Shown here piece after piece: positions 25,640 through 38,761 of a DNA stretch of 64,000 bases. The stretch spans positions 3,286,001 through 3,350,000 of the forward strand of contig OZ024762.1 in NCBI GenBank assembly GCA_964016885.1. The letters run 5' to 3'. The notes beneath the pieces are model-generated. The model did not search any database. It was not told the DNA's origin and saw only the letters and a list, made by a program, of their open reading frames with translations. Source of the stretch: Eledone cirrhosa (taxonomy: Eukaryota). Position 1 is the first letter of the stretch; every line of letters begins with the position of its first letter. Made by a program: the position numbers and the translations under genes.

Positions 25640-26300
25640 TCAAAAGCAACCTCCACCAATTGATCCAGATGGATTCCCAAGTGAAAACAACTAAGTTCAT
25701 GGATGTTATCCAACCATCTTACTCTGGATTACCTGCAACCTGGTTTTGCCCATAAAATCTGTCCAGCAATTCTTTCCTAAGACATTCTCATTGCATCGTA
25801 GAACTTGAGCTGTGATCACTCAATGCGTAGAAGCATCTGTGGAGCAACTCTCAGATCTCCCAGCTACACACTCTATCAGGTATCGTCATTCCAAGACCCT
25901 TCAAAGGAACCCCATTTTTAGACGCCCGTATTCACTTAGTATTCTTTCAGTCATTACCCAAGATTTGTGACCATAGGTAAGGGTTGTCAAATACTAAATT
26001 GAAGATAGCAAGTTTGGGTTTTACACTTACTACTCTTCTGATTACTAAATGCAAAAGCTGGTGCATTACTGCACCAGCTTTTGCAATTCTTGCACTTAAT
26101 TCAGCTTAGCTTCCTGCTTTCCTTCACTCGTGAAAATGGCCTCCAAGATACTTGAACTTCTCCATCTGCTTCAGTGCAATTCCACTCATGTAATGTGCAC
26201 TGTGGTGGCTTTCTTGAGGGCAAATGTCTGTCTTCGTAGCACTGATTACATTCCTGACGTGCAGCAAACCTAGCAAGTGCATGTCAGAGATCACCTGTTG
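25640..26300 (-). mobile_element. Degenerate RTE-type LINE fragment
   Basis: Minus-strand remnants of EKFKYLG, TLTYGH.SWVMT and GNPE.RWLDNI motifs. Confidence 0.55.
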
Positions 26301-26459
26301 ATGAGTTAACCCTTTAGCATTTACATTATTTTATATATACTATTATATTTTATTGGTAAAGGCTTTACCTCACAATATTGAACCTATAAGATTTTGATAT
26401 TTATTTTGAGAACAATACCTTAATATCAGTTTGAACAGAAAAGGTTTGAGAACCTCTGA

Positions 26460-27200
26460 TCTAAAGCTACAGTAACTTCATCAAGTAAGGATGTGCAAGA
26501 CTGCCAAACCTGGCTGACTGGACAGGCCCAGGCCTCTGTCCAATGTAACTGGGATGACATCAACTGTAGGTCTTCCTTCAGGTAGATTGTGTCTGGCTTG
26601 GACCAACACCTCACCAGCCTCTACTTCACAGCCAAACAAGTGATGCATGGCTCAATTCTCGCATCGGAGTGGCAAATGCCTTTATGAGGCTGTCCTTGAC
26701 AAGTTTGGCCTGCACCCACTCTCATGCCACCAGAGCACAGGTTGCTTCCCCTGACATGCCACCCTTAAAATGTATTGAGAAGGAGCCTTCACGCAGCTGG
26801 CTTCCCATCTCAACTGGAGCCAATAGGCCTTGACTGTGGTCACGACAAGTGTCCCGACGAAATTACCCTCTTCCCATTTGAAGGAGGTAGATCCTTCATC
26901 TGAAACATGTTGTGACACATTCTCTGACTCCAAATAGGTTGCTTCAGCCACAAACTCTGCTACAGTGGCCCACATTGCAGAGGAAAGGAAGACTAACAAA
27001 TACCAGGGATGATTCTGCCGATTCCTCTTCAGACCAACCACCATTGAGGCCTCAGGTGTCCGCAGACCCTGTACTGCTGAGCTCTTCCACAAGATCGGAA
27101 TGTCAGCAGCCCGACCGTGGAAGGAGCACCATGAGGTGGGGTGGGTGTTACAGTGGGCATCATTGGTCATTGTCCGCAGGGTACGCCTACAACACCGCCC
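26460..27200 (+). mobile_element. CRE-like non-LTR retrotransposon 3' fragment
   Basis: LDKFGLHPLSCHQSTG..HATL..LRRSLHAAGFPSQLEPIGLD...PDEITLFPFEGGR..CDTFS...AEERK..KY, with frameshifts. Confidence 0.7.
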
Positions 27201-27720
27201 CACCCTAGGCCCAGAGCCCATCCCCCATTTTTCTTCTGTAGCCCTAGAGTCCTTGCTTTTCCCCTCCTTTTCCTCTCATTTATAGCTTTTATAGTCCTTT
27301 CCTCTACTTTCCCACACATCCGAATCTGCCTTACTTTACCTTTTCCCCATTTGTAATGTTTTTCATAGGAAGAGACTATGTAGCCTGTCCCGGTAAAATA
27401 GACTCTCAGGCTATTTAGCTGGTAAGAGTGTCAGACACAATGAGCTGTGACCTGACAATTAAGACAATTTGAAATCTTTCCCCCCATCAATTGTTAAAAA
27501 ACAAGTCATCTTATTATAATTCTGCTGATGTTTTGTCCATTCGTAACGAACGTTACGCTTTAGTTACATACACACATATCTAGTGAGTTCCATGGCTTAA
27601 GTATTATAGTAGAGTCAAATATTTTTGAAATTAAGAATTTTTTTCATTCCTATTTTTATACAAATGCAAATAAAGCTTGTTAACATATAAGAGTTGCCTC
27701 CCTTTAAATGTTATATTATT

Positions 27721-27877
27721 CATACGCATGCGCGTCTGTAATTTCCGCTTTTTGATTTTGAAACGTTTCGGAACCACCAGATACGTTTATAACAATGCTA
27801 TTCTTTAATATAGCATTTCCCAACTATTAGACGACACAGTTATAACAATGGTATCATTATAAAACATTTCTGTAAGT
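27721..27877 (+). promoter_or_regulatory. Putative promoter/first exon of ZNF gene 2
   Basis: NRF1-like TACGCATGCGCG, local CpG enrichment and a GTAAGT donor at ~27872. The downstream acceptor TTCCAG|AATATCTGACGACATTG (~29300) is homologous to the ZNF gene 1 acceptor CAG|AATATCAGATGACATTG (13019). Confidence 0.35.
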
Positions 27878-28099
27878 ATTAAAGAGAGTAAAGGTTCTTC
27901 CGTAATTTTTACAATAACACCCGTCTCGTGTTAGAAGTAAAATTCATGTTTTTTCTCTGTTTTTGGTGTTTTTGAACAAATGTTGACTTCAAAAACGTGG
28001 CCAAGTGACAATGTGTTAGCTTGTATGGTTTTTTTTTTTTTTTTGGCATAATTTCGGCGGCCGAATGTCCTTCATAATGCCTTCCATTTCACAGCGTTT

Positions 28100-28870
28100 A
28101 TTGGGAGCATTTTTCGTGGCATCAGCACTACCACCTTACAAGGTGGACTGGGTGATTTTTGTTGTGGCACCAGTACGACCACCTTACAGAGTGAACTGGG
28201 TGCTTTTTGTCATGGTACCAGTATGACCACCTTACATGATGTACTGGGTACTTTTTGTCATGGCACCAGTATGACCACTTTACTGGGTGCATTCGTGAAA
28301 TGCACCTTTTATGATGATGTCATTGCCTTACTATGAGGTACATCAAGCACAAGATCTGCTAGAAAAGATTGAGAATGAAGCTGAGAAAGTCATTCTATTC
28401 ATGGATTTCTAGGAAAACAGCTTATACTGTAATGTGGTCGTGATGGTGACATGATAAAAAGCAACCAGCTTACACTGTAAAGTGGTCGTAATGCTGACAT
28501 GACAAAAAGCAACCAGCCTACACAGTAAAGTGGTCGAGTAGGTGTCACAACAAATAGCACCCAGTCCACACTGTAAAATGGTCATGTAGGTGTCACGATA
28601 AAAAGCACCCAGTCCACACTGTAAAGTTGTCATGTAGGTGTCACAAAAAAAAGCACCCAGTCCACACTGTAAACTGGTCATGTAGGTGTCACGACTAAAA
28701 GCACCCATTACTTACTGTAAATGTGGTTGGCATTAGGAAGGGCATCCGGCTGGAGAAACCAAGCCAAAATCAGTTCTGTATGGGCAAGACACAGTCACCT
28801 GACCTAGCATTTCTCACAACAGGATAACTCGTTTAACCCATGCTAGTGTGGAAAAATGGACATTAAACTG
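28100..28870. repeat. Opposed 48 bp tandem arrays, the second ending in a SINE-like 3' end
   Basis: Unit GTGTCACGACAAAAAGCACCCAGTCCACACTGTAAAGTGGTCGTGTAG; minus orientation at 28100-28290 and plus at 28425-28725. Confidence 0.8.
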
Positions 28871-29045
28871 AATACCTGGACAAAAATTATGAACAAAAGA
28901 AATCAAATGTATCTTAAATTTCCACTGTTGAATGTCTATCTTTTAACCCTTTAGCACTTTCAACGTTAAATAAGTAGATAATTCAAACCAACTCTATAAA
29001 ATATATGAACTGGAGACTGTCCGCTCTGGTAATTTGATACTTTAA

Positions 29046-29256
29046 CCCTTTAGCATTTACATTACTCTATATTTACTATTGTATTTTCACAGTAAAGACT
29101 TTATCTCACATAATTACCTCACGCAATATTGAATCTAGGACATTTTGATATTATTTATTTCAAGAACAATACATTAACATCAGTATGAGTGGCCAGTTTG
29201 AACAGAAAGAGGTGAGAGAATTCTGGCCAGATACGGCCAGTTTAAATGCTAAAGGG
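29046..29256 (+). mobile_element. piggyBac-like MITE (~210 bp, TTAA target), representative of >15 copies
   Basis: TTAA|CCCTTTAGCATTTA...TAAATGCTAAAGGG|TTAA. Other copies at ~897, 26310, 33612-35077 (cluster), 43285-43645, 44070-44630, 45950-46400, 48614-48950, 52345-52777, 56480-56654, 61433-61642. Confidence 0.85.
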
Positions 29257-30438
29257 TTAAGTATCTTCTATATCTCATACTTTTGTTTCTTTATTATTCC
29301 AGAATATCTGACGACATTGACATCAAAGAATGTTTTACTTCAGATACATACATCATCAATATTTAACATCATTTAAAGACTAAAGTAAGATTTTATACAG
29401 AATAGATACAAATCTGTAAGTAATTTAAAAGCGAAATATTTCTTTCTAACTGAGATAAAAAGCAACATTTCTCTCCTTCATTCCTTAACCCTTTGGAGAC
29501 AGAGCCTTTTTCACAATCCCTACAGAGGGCATGCACTTATTTTCCCCCCAAAATTATAAAAAATAAAGTGCATGATAAATAAATTGCAGAACACAGCAAA
29601 CCATCATGAAAGGCCCAGATGTGCAAGAAGCAATCTGATTGGCTGCTACAAAGACCAGCCAGCTAATCTCGAGGCTTGTATTATCAGGTCAATAGATTGG
29701 CCCTGTCATCTCCTAAGTTAATTGATAAAGGAAGATTTTATACTGAACAGATACAACGCTGTTTATATAAATCTATGATTGAGACCACAGTCGAACAATA
29801 ATGACAGTCACTCCACAATTCACAATTTTCCAATGTTCCTGGCAACTGCTCCCCATTGAGGTTTGTATCATCTGAGAGTTGATCGATGAAGGTTCGGGCA
29901 GGCATTTCCTGTATGCTGGTTCCCACAATATCACACACATATATATCTCATCATCATCATCATTGAGACCACTGTCGAACATTCCTCACAACGTCTCTGT
30001 TCAGTTCACGATTTTCTATTGCTCCTGGCAACTGCTGCTTACTGAGTTTTATATCATCTGAGAGTTGATCGATGAAGGTTTGAGCAGGTTTTCCTCTACT
30101 GCATCTCCCATGACTTGGTTCCCACATCACACATATTTCATTTCATTTTTTCATTTCATTTTACGTCCGCTTTTTCCCTGCTTGCAAGGGTGGGACGGGA
30201 ACTGATTCTGGCTTGATTTCTACAGCTGGATGCCCTTCCTAACACCAACCTCATTTACAGTGAGTGCTGGGTGCTTTTTTGCCGTGGCACCTCCACGACC
30301 ACTTTGCAGTGGAATGATAGGGACCCCAGTCCCTATCATCTCATTTCTACAGCTGAGTAAACTGGAGCAATGTGAAATAAAGTGTCTTGCTCAAGGAAAC
30401 AACACATCACCCGATCTGAGAATTGAACTCACAACCTT

Positions 30439-30483
<45 letters not shown>

Positions 30484-30974
30484 TCAGCAACATTACAACC
30501 ACAGTCAAACACTCCTGACACAGTCTCTCCACAATTCCCGATTCTCCGTTGCTGTTGACAACTGTTCACTACTGAGGTTTGTATCATCTGAGAACTGATT
30601 ATTGAAGGTTCAAGCAGGTCCTCCTCTACTGCTTCTCACATGAGTTGGTTCCCACAATAGTTGCTTGTGTATAACTTCCTGCTTACTTTTCCAGCAATGA
30701 CCTGCAAATTGTAACCGTCTTTGAGCAATTGTGGTTGTTACCTGGAGCAAGTTTCTGTATAAACTTTCATTTTTAATACATTAACACCAGTTTATGTTTT
30801 GTTTTACCCTATGATTTACAGTGAAATATTACTCCTGAACTAAGATTATTAGCAACATCTCTCTCCTTCACTATCTGGAATGTTTACAAAATGTTTTTGC
30901 GCCCTGATAAAACTTGAATTACAAAGGAGTCTGCAGCATCTTTAGATATCAACAAAAATCACAATTTATAGAAA

Positions 30975-31335
30975 TATGACACGATAAAAAGCACCCAGTC
31001 CAACCTGTCAGTCGGTCGTTTTGGTGCCATGATAAAAAGCACCCAGTTCATACTGTAAAGTGGTTATATATGTCACGACACAAAGTGCCCAACCCACACT
31101 ATAAAGTGTTTGTTTAGGTGACAAGACAAAAAGCTCCCAGTCCACACGGTAAAGTGGTTGTGTAAGTGTCACGATAAAAAGCACTCAGTCCACACTGTAA
31201 AGTCGTGTAGGTGTCACGACAAAAAGCACCCAGTCCACACAGTAAAGTGGTTGTCTAGGTGACATGACAAAAAGCACCCAGGCCACACTGTAAAGTGGTC
31301 GTGTAGGTGTCACAATATAAAGCACCCAGTCCACA
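30975..31335 (+). repeat. 48 bp tandem array (~7 units) just upstream of the ZNF gene 2 ATG
   Basis: Repeated AAAAAGCACCCAGTCCACACTGTAAAGTGG units. Confidence 0.85.
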
Positions 31336-31466
31336 ATAAATAGTTCCGTATGAGCAAGATTATCTCAACTGGAAAAATGGATGTTAAACAGTGATTATAT
31401 CAGAAGAAATATATTTTGGGGGGAAAGATTTTAAAAACACGTCTATGTTGTAATGAGAGAAGCAAC

Positions 31467-32579
31467 ATGGAAAATGAATTACATGGAAACACAGTTAAAT
31501 TACCTGCACAGTCTAGAAGGATTGACTTTCCTGATATGTTAAAATATGTAGAAAAATCCATGTACCACTGTGATATTTGTAAAAAATCTTTCTCTCTAAA
31601 AAGTGACTTAACAACACACAAACACAGTCATACAGGAGAAAAACCTCACCCTTGTAATGTCTGTAATAAATCATTCTCTAAACTAAGTCAGTTATCATAT
31701 CACATACGTATTCATACTGGAGAGAAACCATATCACTGTGATATCTGTGATAAATCATTCTCTGAAGGAACTGTCTTAACTAAACACAAACGTGTTCATA
31801 CTGGAGAGAAACCATATCATTGTGATGTCTGTGGTAAATCATTTTCCCAAACAGGTCATTTGGCTACTCACAAACACATTCACACAGGTGAGAAACCTTA
31901 TGGTTGTGATATCTGTGGTAAAGCCTTTTCTATTAATAGTTACTTAACTTCTCACAAACGCATTCATACAGGAGAGAAACCATATCACTGTAACATCTGT
32001 GGTAAAACATTCTCTCGAAATGGTCACTTAACTATTCACAAACGCATTCATTCTGGAGAGAAACCGTATCACTGTGATATCTGTGGTAAATCATTCTCTG
32101 TAGGAACTGTCTTAACTAGACACAAACGTACTCATACAGGAGAGAAACCATATCACTGTGATGTCTGTGGTAAAACATTCTCTGAAGGAAGTCAATTAAC
32201 TTCTCACAAACGTACTCATACAGGAGAGAAGCCATTTCACTGTGACGTTTGTGGTAAATCATTCTCGGTTGCAAGTAGTTTAACTACTCACACACGGATT
32301 CACACGGGGGAGAAACCATACCATTGTGTTATCTGTGGTAAATCATTCTCTATTACTAGTCGTTTAACTACTCACATACGTATTCACACTGGAGAGAAAC
32401 CGTATTACTGTGATCTCTGTGGTAAATCATTCTACCAAACAAGTGACTTAACTAAACACAAACGCATTCATACAGGCAAGAAGCCATATCACTGTGATAT
32501 CTGTGGTAAATCTTTCTATCAAACAAGTAACTTAACTAAACACAAACGTGTTCATACAGGAGAGAAGCCATATCACTGA
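31467..32579 (+). CDS. C2H2 zinc-finger protein, 12 tandem fingers
   Basis: 12 canonical fingers with TGEKP linkers. First ATG at 31467 (MENELHGN...), with an N-terminal leader homologous to ZNF gene 1. Confidence 0.92.
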   Translation: MENELHGNTVKLPAQSRRIDFPDMLKYVEKSMYHCDICKKSFSLKSDLTTHKHSHTGEKPHPCNVCNKSFSKLSQLSYHIRIHTGEKPYHCDICDKSFSEGTVLTKHKRVHTGEKPYHCDVCGKSFSQTGHLATHKHIHTGEKPYGCDICGKAFSINSYLTSHKRIHTGEKPYHCNICGKTFSRNGHLTIHKRIHSGEKPYHCDICGKSFSVGTVLTRHKRTHTGEKPYHCDVCGKTFSEGSQLTSHKRTHTGEKPFHCDVCGKSFSVASSLTTHTRIHTGEKPYHCVICGKSFSITSRLTTHIRIHTGEKPYYCDLCGKSFYQTSDLTKHKRIHTGKKPYHCDICGKSFYQTSNLTKHKRVHTGEKPYH

Positions 32580-34782
32580 TATCTGTGGTAAATCATTCCC
32601 TCAAAAAACGTCACTTAATTAAACATGTTTGTATTCATACAGAAGACTGACCAAAGTCCTTTCTGGTTTTACCAGCTGCACCCTGGAAACATCTCATCTC
32701 TTAAGTTATTTGATTTTGCTCAAAAGCTGTTCTTAGAGTCCAAGATCTGGCTCTGATAATCTTCAATGCGCTGTAGGCGACAGAGCACGCCATAAGAGTA
32801 ATCTCCCCTTAATAGATAATGCAGTGTTAAGTGAAACAACGCGCTAAAGATTAAGGGTGGGAATGAAGATTGAGTTGATCAGGCTAGCTTTGGTTTCCAT
32901 TGGTACACTTTATCCCTAACTTTCCCAAGTTTCTCACTGTCTTTATTTGTTTTGTTGTTCATTATCATTAATTACTGCATTTCCTGTCGTTGAAGATGTT
33001 TCGCCATCGAGGAGGACACACCCCAATCTTGACAAGCCAAAATAAAAAAAAAAATAATAACCCTAAAAATAATTCTTGTTATTAACATTTGCTGGTAAAC
33101 CCTTAGAATAGAATAATAATAGAATTGTTTCTACTTTTGGCACAAGGCCAGCAATTACCCAGTGCATTACTGGTACTTTATTTTATCGACCTTGTAAGGA
33201 TGAAAGGCAAAGTTAACCTTGGAGGGATTTGAACTCAGAATGACAAGGGCTGTAACCCTTTTAATATACCACAGTTTTACTTCTTTTGTCACTTAATAAT
33301 GTTCCCTTAATATTGGGTTGCTTGAAGAGAGTGAAAATACCAGCAACGTTGATACACGTGTAAAAATATCACTCTGCCCATACTGCAGGGTTTCCCAATC
33401 TTTTTCAAACACGGAACCCTTTTTGGTTCAGAAACTTTTGGGGGAATCCCAAAGTCTAATATTGTTATATGGTTGTAATATAAATATACTCTACCTTTTT
33501 TCACGGGACTCCAGACATTCCTTTTGGGGACCACTGCCTTATGGGAATGAACTTTTCTGATTGAGTATATATTTTAACATTTTTTATGATACTTTTATTT
33601 TTTTACTGCTTTAACCCTTTAGCATTTACATTACTATTTAGGGCAGTGGTTTGGCAGTATCGGTAGAGCGTCAGACACCATGTTTTGCAGCATAGTTATG
33701 GCCCTTTGCGTTCTGAGTTCAAATCCGCAGAGCTTAACTTTGCCTTTCATCCTTACGAGGTCGATAAAATAAAGTACCAGTAATGCACTGGGGTAATCAC
33801 TGGCCTTGTGCCAAAGGTAGAAACTCTATTTACATTAACTATTTTATTTTCATGGTAACGGCTTTACTTCACATAATTCTCTCACGTAATATTGATTCGA
33901 TGAGATTTTGATATTATTTAGTTTGAGAATAATACCTTAACATAAGTACGAGCAGCTGGTTATGACCAGTTCGAACAGAAAGAGGTGAAAGAATTCTCAC
34001 CAGATACAGCCGCTTTAACTCTTTAGTATTTACATTACTCTATATATACTATTATATTTTCATGGTAAAGGCTTTATCTCACATAATTCTCTCACATAAT
34101 ATTGAAGCTATGAGATTTTGATTTATTTATTATTTTGATAACAGTATCTTAACATCAGTATGAGTGGCCAGTTATGGCTGGTTTGAACAGAAAAAGGTGA
34201 GAGAATTCTGGCTGGATATGGCCAGTTTAAATGCTAAAGGATTAACTAAGTATAATTTATACATTTCATTGAGAGGTCATATACAGGAGTTCAGATTACT
34301 GTCTAGCATAGACAATTTTCCTCTGGGATTAGAATATGCTTATGAGAAATGCAATTTTCAGTCTCCAAGATGCATGGTCAATTTTTCAGACTTATTTAAG
34401 GAAAAAAATAGCGTCTTTGATCCCAGAAAATTTGGTAATTAATTAATTAATTTTTTTGTAGCTTTGGTGGTTGATTCACACAAAATGTCTGATGAGTTGA
34501 GATACTTGTGATGTTGCTGTTGTTCGCATTGCTAATAACATTATATAGTATTTAACTCTTTAGCATTTACATTACACTATATTTACTATTATATTTTTAT
34601 GGTAGACACTTTATCCCACATAATTACCTCATATAATATTGAATCTGAGATTTTGATGTTATTTATTTTGAGAACAATACCTTCTCGTTATTATGAGCTG
34701 ATGGTTACAGCCGGTTTGAACAGAAAGAGGTGAAAGAATTCTGGCCAGATACGGCCTGTTTAAACCTTTAGCATTTACATTA

Positions 34783-34846
<64 letters not shown>

Positions 34847-35859
34847 TATTATATTTTCATGGTAAAGTCTGTACCTTACATATGTGTCTCACATAATATT
34901 GAAACTATGTGATTTTGATGTTATTTATTTCGAGAACAATACCTTAACGTCAGTCAGTATGAGCTGCCAGTTTGAACAGAAAGAGGTGAGAGAATTCTGG
35001 CCAGTTACAGCCAGTTTGAACAAAATGAGGTGAGAGAATTCTGGCTGGATACGGCCAGTTTAAATGCTAAAGGGTTAAACTTGACCTTATAATTGTGTGT
35101 CGAACACTGTGGACACTTGGTCATCTGTCGTCAATATTGTCATTATGCATGAAATAAATAAATAAAAATTTACATATAATCTATTCTTATTGTTATCATT
35201 ACAAACACCCTTTTCATTTCCTCCAAATATAAGTTTTTCTTTTTTTCTTGATTGTTAAGGGATTGTGTAAGTATGACGACACAAATCACCCAGTCCACAC
35301 TGTAAAGTGGTTGTGTAAGTGTCATGACAAAAAGCACCCACTCCACACTGTAAAGTGGTCGTGTAGGTGTCACGACAAAAAGCATCCAGCTGTAGAAACC
35401 AAGCCAAAATCAGTTCTATATAAGCAAAGCATGGTCACCTGACCTAGCACTGCCCACAACAGGACAACTTGTCTAACCCATGCTAGCGTGGAAGAATTGA
35501 CATAAAACAGTGATGATGTTAAGATCCCAGACCTTATTCGCTTACTGAATGGGGTGCAACTTGTGAAATCGGACCAAGAAAACAATGTTTCCATTGTTGA
35601 GATGACTATTTAGTTGTATCTAGGGCTCAACTTCCTTAATTCTGATAAGTTATTTTCTCTGCTCCTCCTTCCCAGCTGAGGATTTAACCCTGTGATGGAC
35701 TGGCTTCCTGTCCAGGGAGAAGTCTTATATTCTCAGTCGCTTCATGCCAGAAAACTGAGGTAAGTACCGACCTGACAAGCCTCCTGGCTTGAGACTGACT
35801 TTAATCTTCTGGGTGCTCTCGGTGCCTTATGTCACCAATAGTGTGTGTGTGTGTGTGTG

Positions 35860-36520
35860 GCGGCATTCACCCTGGGTCGGTTGAGCCAGCTCCGTCCAAC
35901 GAATTTACCATATCCCGAATGAAGGCCAACCAATCAGCCATTCGTGGTTCCATTGCCAAACCCCACACAGCCGTGGGCCTAAGATCAACTTAGCGTCTTG
36001 CCTCACCGTCCTAAGCCACGGTTTCAGTTGGCCTCCACAACATTTCTTCCATCTCAACGGAGGAGATGGATCAATGGCTTCGCGGATGAAGTCGTCCGGT
36101 TGTCGACAGAGAGCATGACCAAGCCAGCGAAGACACCTCGTGAGAAGAGCTTACTGGAGGGAGGAGATTTTGCAGCATGCACAGATTGTAGAATTCGAGA
36201 TGAATAGTTGCCAGCAAACACGAAGGATGCAGCGTAAACAATGATGGTTGAACACTTCGAGTTTGCGCATGTCCTCTGCTCATTGGCCAGGTTTTGCAGC
36301 CGTATAGCAGGATTGTTCGGACAAGGGCTTGGTAGATCCGAATTTCATGTCTGCTCCACAGCCAAGCGCGTAGACGACAGAAGGCGAGCGTTACCAATGC
36401 AACCATTTATATCCTCAACTCCTTGGCCTGTTGCAGTGACTATAGAACCTAGGGACTTAAAGCGATCAACCTCTTCAAGGGTTTCTCCGTCGAGGACAAT
36501 CGGTTGTTTTTCAGCGGGTA
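35860..36520 (-). mobile_element. RTE-type LINE 3' fragment
   Basis: IVLDGETLEEVDRFKSLGSIV, RIYQALVRTILLYGCKTW; ends in a (CA)n tail. Confidence 0.8.
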
Positions 36521-36524
36521 AGAA

Positions 36525-37420
36525 ACCTGTCAGTAAAGTCAAGGTAGGAATGGAGTTTAGTGAGGAATTCCAGATACAAATAGAAGTACATCAAGGTTCA
36601 GTCCTCAGCCCGCTCTTGTTTATTATAGTCCTCCAAGCCATAACAGAGGAGTTTAAGACTGGCTGTCCATGGGAACTTCTCTATGCTGACAATCTGGTTC
36701 TTATAGCAGAATCAGTAGAGGAGCTAGAGAATAAATTCTGGCTATGGAAACAGCAGTTGGAAGCAAGAGGACTGAGAGTGAACCTAGCTAAGACAAAAGT
36801 GTTGATGAGTAGAAAAGAGGACAAAACTGATTCCGTCAGGGAAATGCCCATGTTTGATATGCAGAAAAGGAACTGGCATAAATTCTATAAAATGCACACA
36901 ATGCAGATCCTGGGTACACAAGAGATGTAGTGGGATAGCAGGCAAACTAACAGGTAGGGAGAAATACATATGCAGTAGATGTACAGGGAAATTAGACAGT
37001 AGAAGTCACATTGATAGACACATTTTCAAATGCAGGCAGGTGCTATAGAAGTGGTGGACAGCTTCTGGTACCTAGGAGATCAGATTAGCATGGGAGGGGG
37101 GGGGTTCCGAGGCCATAGTATCTAGAATAATACGTGAACGGCAAAGCATAAATAAACTAAGTGAGAAATTAGGAATAAGAGGGATCAGATGCTGTTTACT
37201 TGAGAGAAGACTACGTTGGTATGGCCATGTGATGCGCATGAAAGACGACAGCTGTAGAAAAAAGTGCAGGGCGATCAAAAGTGATGGTAGTTATGGGTAG
37301 ATAGACCCAGAAAAACCTGGGACGATCTGATAAATTCCGATCTTACACACTTGCACCTCTCTAAGACAATGTCACTGGACCGAGATCTTTGGCGCTACGT
37401 AGTAATACAGAAGACCTGCC
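36525..37420 (+). mobile_element. RTE-clade LINE RT fragment with Cys-rich insertion
   Basis: VHQGSVLSPLLFIIV, ELLYADNLVL, GLRVNLAKTKV, CRKGTGINSIKCTQCRSWVHKRCSG, RRLRWYGHVMRM, RPRKTW. Confidence 0.88.
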
Positions 37421-38291
37421 TTCCCTTACGTACGAACTTAAACCTATAGTCAGTAGGCACCTCTTAACCAAATATACACCCCTACCCTATCCTCCCACTC
37501 CCACCAACACCACCCTCTCTCTGTAAAGTTGGTACCACAACATCCAGTCCAAATAAACAAGATAATGAGATCGAGATCGTGTAGTTGTCACGACAAAAAA
37601 ACACACAGTCCACGCTGTAATGTGGCCGTGTAGGTAACACGGTAAAAAGTTACCAGTTCCACACTGTAAATGTGGTTGGTGTTAGGAAGGGCATCCAGCC
37701 GTAGAAAACCTGCCAGATAGTCCTATATGAGCGAGACACGGTCACCCGACCAACCTTGCCTCAAGTGGGACAACTCCCGTCTAACCCATACTAGCATGGA
37801 AGATGGACGTTAAATGAAGATGATGATGATGATGATGATATATGTGTGTGTTTGTTTATATATAATCCCTATGTGGTTGATGACTGAGAGAAAGGGGTAT
37901 TCAATAGCAGAGTGGAGTTTTAATTGTCTAGTTTCTTGAAACCTTTGGTAATGGAATAATTATATTGTGTTGTTTATTATATAATTAAATAGCTCTGTAC
38001 CATACATAGAGCACTCTTTTTTTCCTTTACCTTTTCCACGGAAATATTTAACACACACACACATATATATATGAATATATACATATGTGTATATATCATC
38101 ATCATCATATATATATATATACACACATATATATATGTATACATATATATATATGTACATATATATATACATATATATATATATAAATATAAAGAGTTAA
38201 ACAAGATTCAATGAGTACATCAAAGAATGAGTTTTACAGTAGATTGGAAGCACTCTACAGTAAAATATTTTCCAGAGTTATTAATATTAAA

Positions 38292-38563
38292 ATACAAATA
38301 TTAATAAAATAGATGTTCTTTTGATCAATTAAATTTTATTATACATATATCAGAGGTACAACAGTACGTCCTCATCAGACAAAATATAATGATACATGAC
38401 ATACCCTGAGATGTTAAATTGATTAAATCTTAACAATTTAACATCTCAGGGTATGTCATGTATCATTATATTTTGTCTGATGAGGACATACTGTTGTACA
38501 TCTGAAATATGTATAATAAAATTTAATTGATCAAAAGAACATCTATTTTATTAATATTTGTAT
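38292..38563. repeat. Near-perfect palindrome (130 bp arms, 12 nt loop); probable inverted Penelope pLTR junction
   Basis: 38292-38421 is the reverse complement of 38434-38563, with ~3 mismatches by eye. Confidence 0.9.
38470..38523 (+). ncRNA. Minimal type I hammerhead-ribozyme-like motif (degenerate)
   Basis: ATTTTGT-CTGATGA-GGACATAC TGTT GTACATCT-GAAA-TATGTATA-ATAAAAT gives stem I, core, imperfect stem II and a quasi-palindromic stem III. Confidence 0.55.
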
Positions 38564-38564
38564 A

Positions 38565-38607
<43 letters not shown>

Positions 38608-38726
38608 CAGAAAAGGTGTGGTAAAATATCAGGTGGACCATAACCCACCAGAATACCTGATATTTGATGTAGTAGAGTGGGTAATATGAAAAGATTTAGC
38701 TGTCGGGGTCCTGAATCTTTTCATAC

Positions 38727-38761
<35 letters not shown>

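Noticed and set aside
26682-27221. 179 aa minus-strand ORF
   Set aside because: Antisense to a decayed CRE-like retrotransposon on the plus strand.
38292-38563. Palindrome as a parvoviral terminal hairpin
   Set aside because: It is 17 kb from the EVE, AT-rich and homologous to a dispersed host repeat at 8597-8810.
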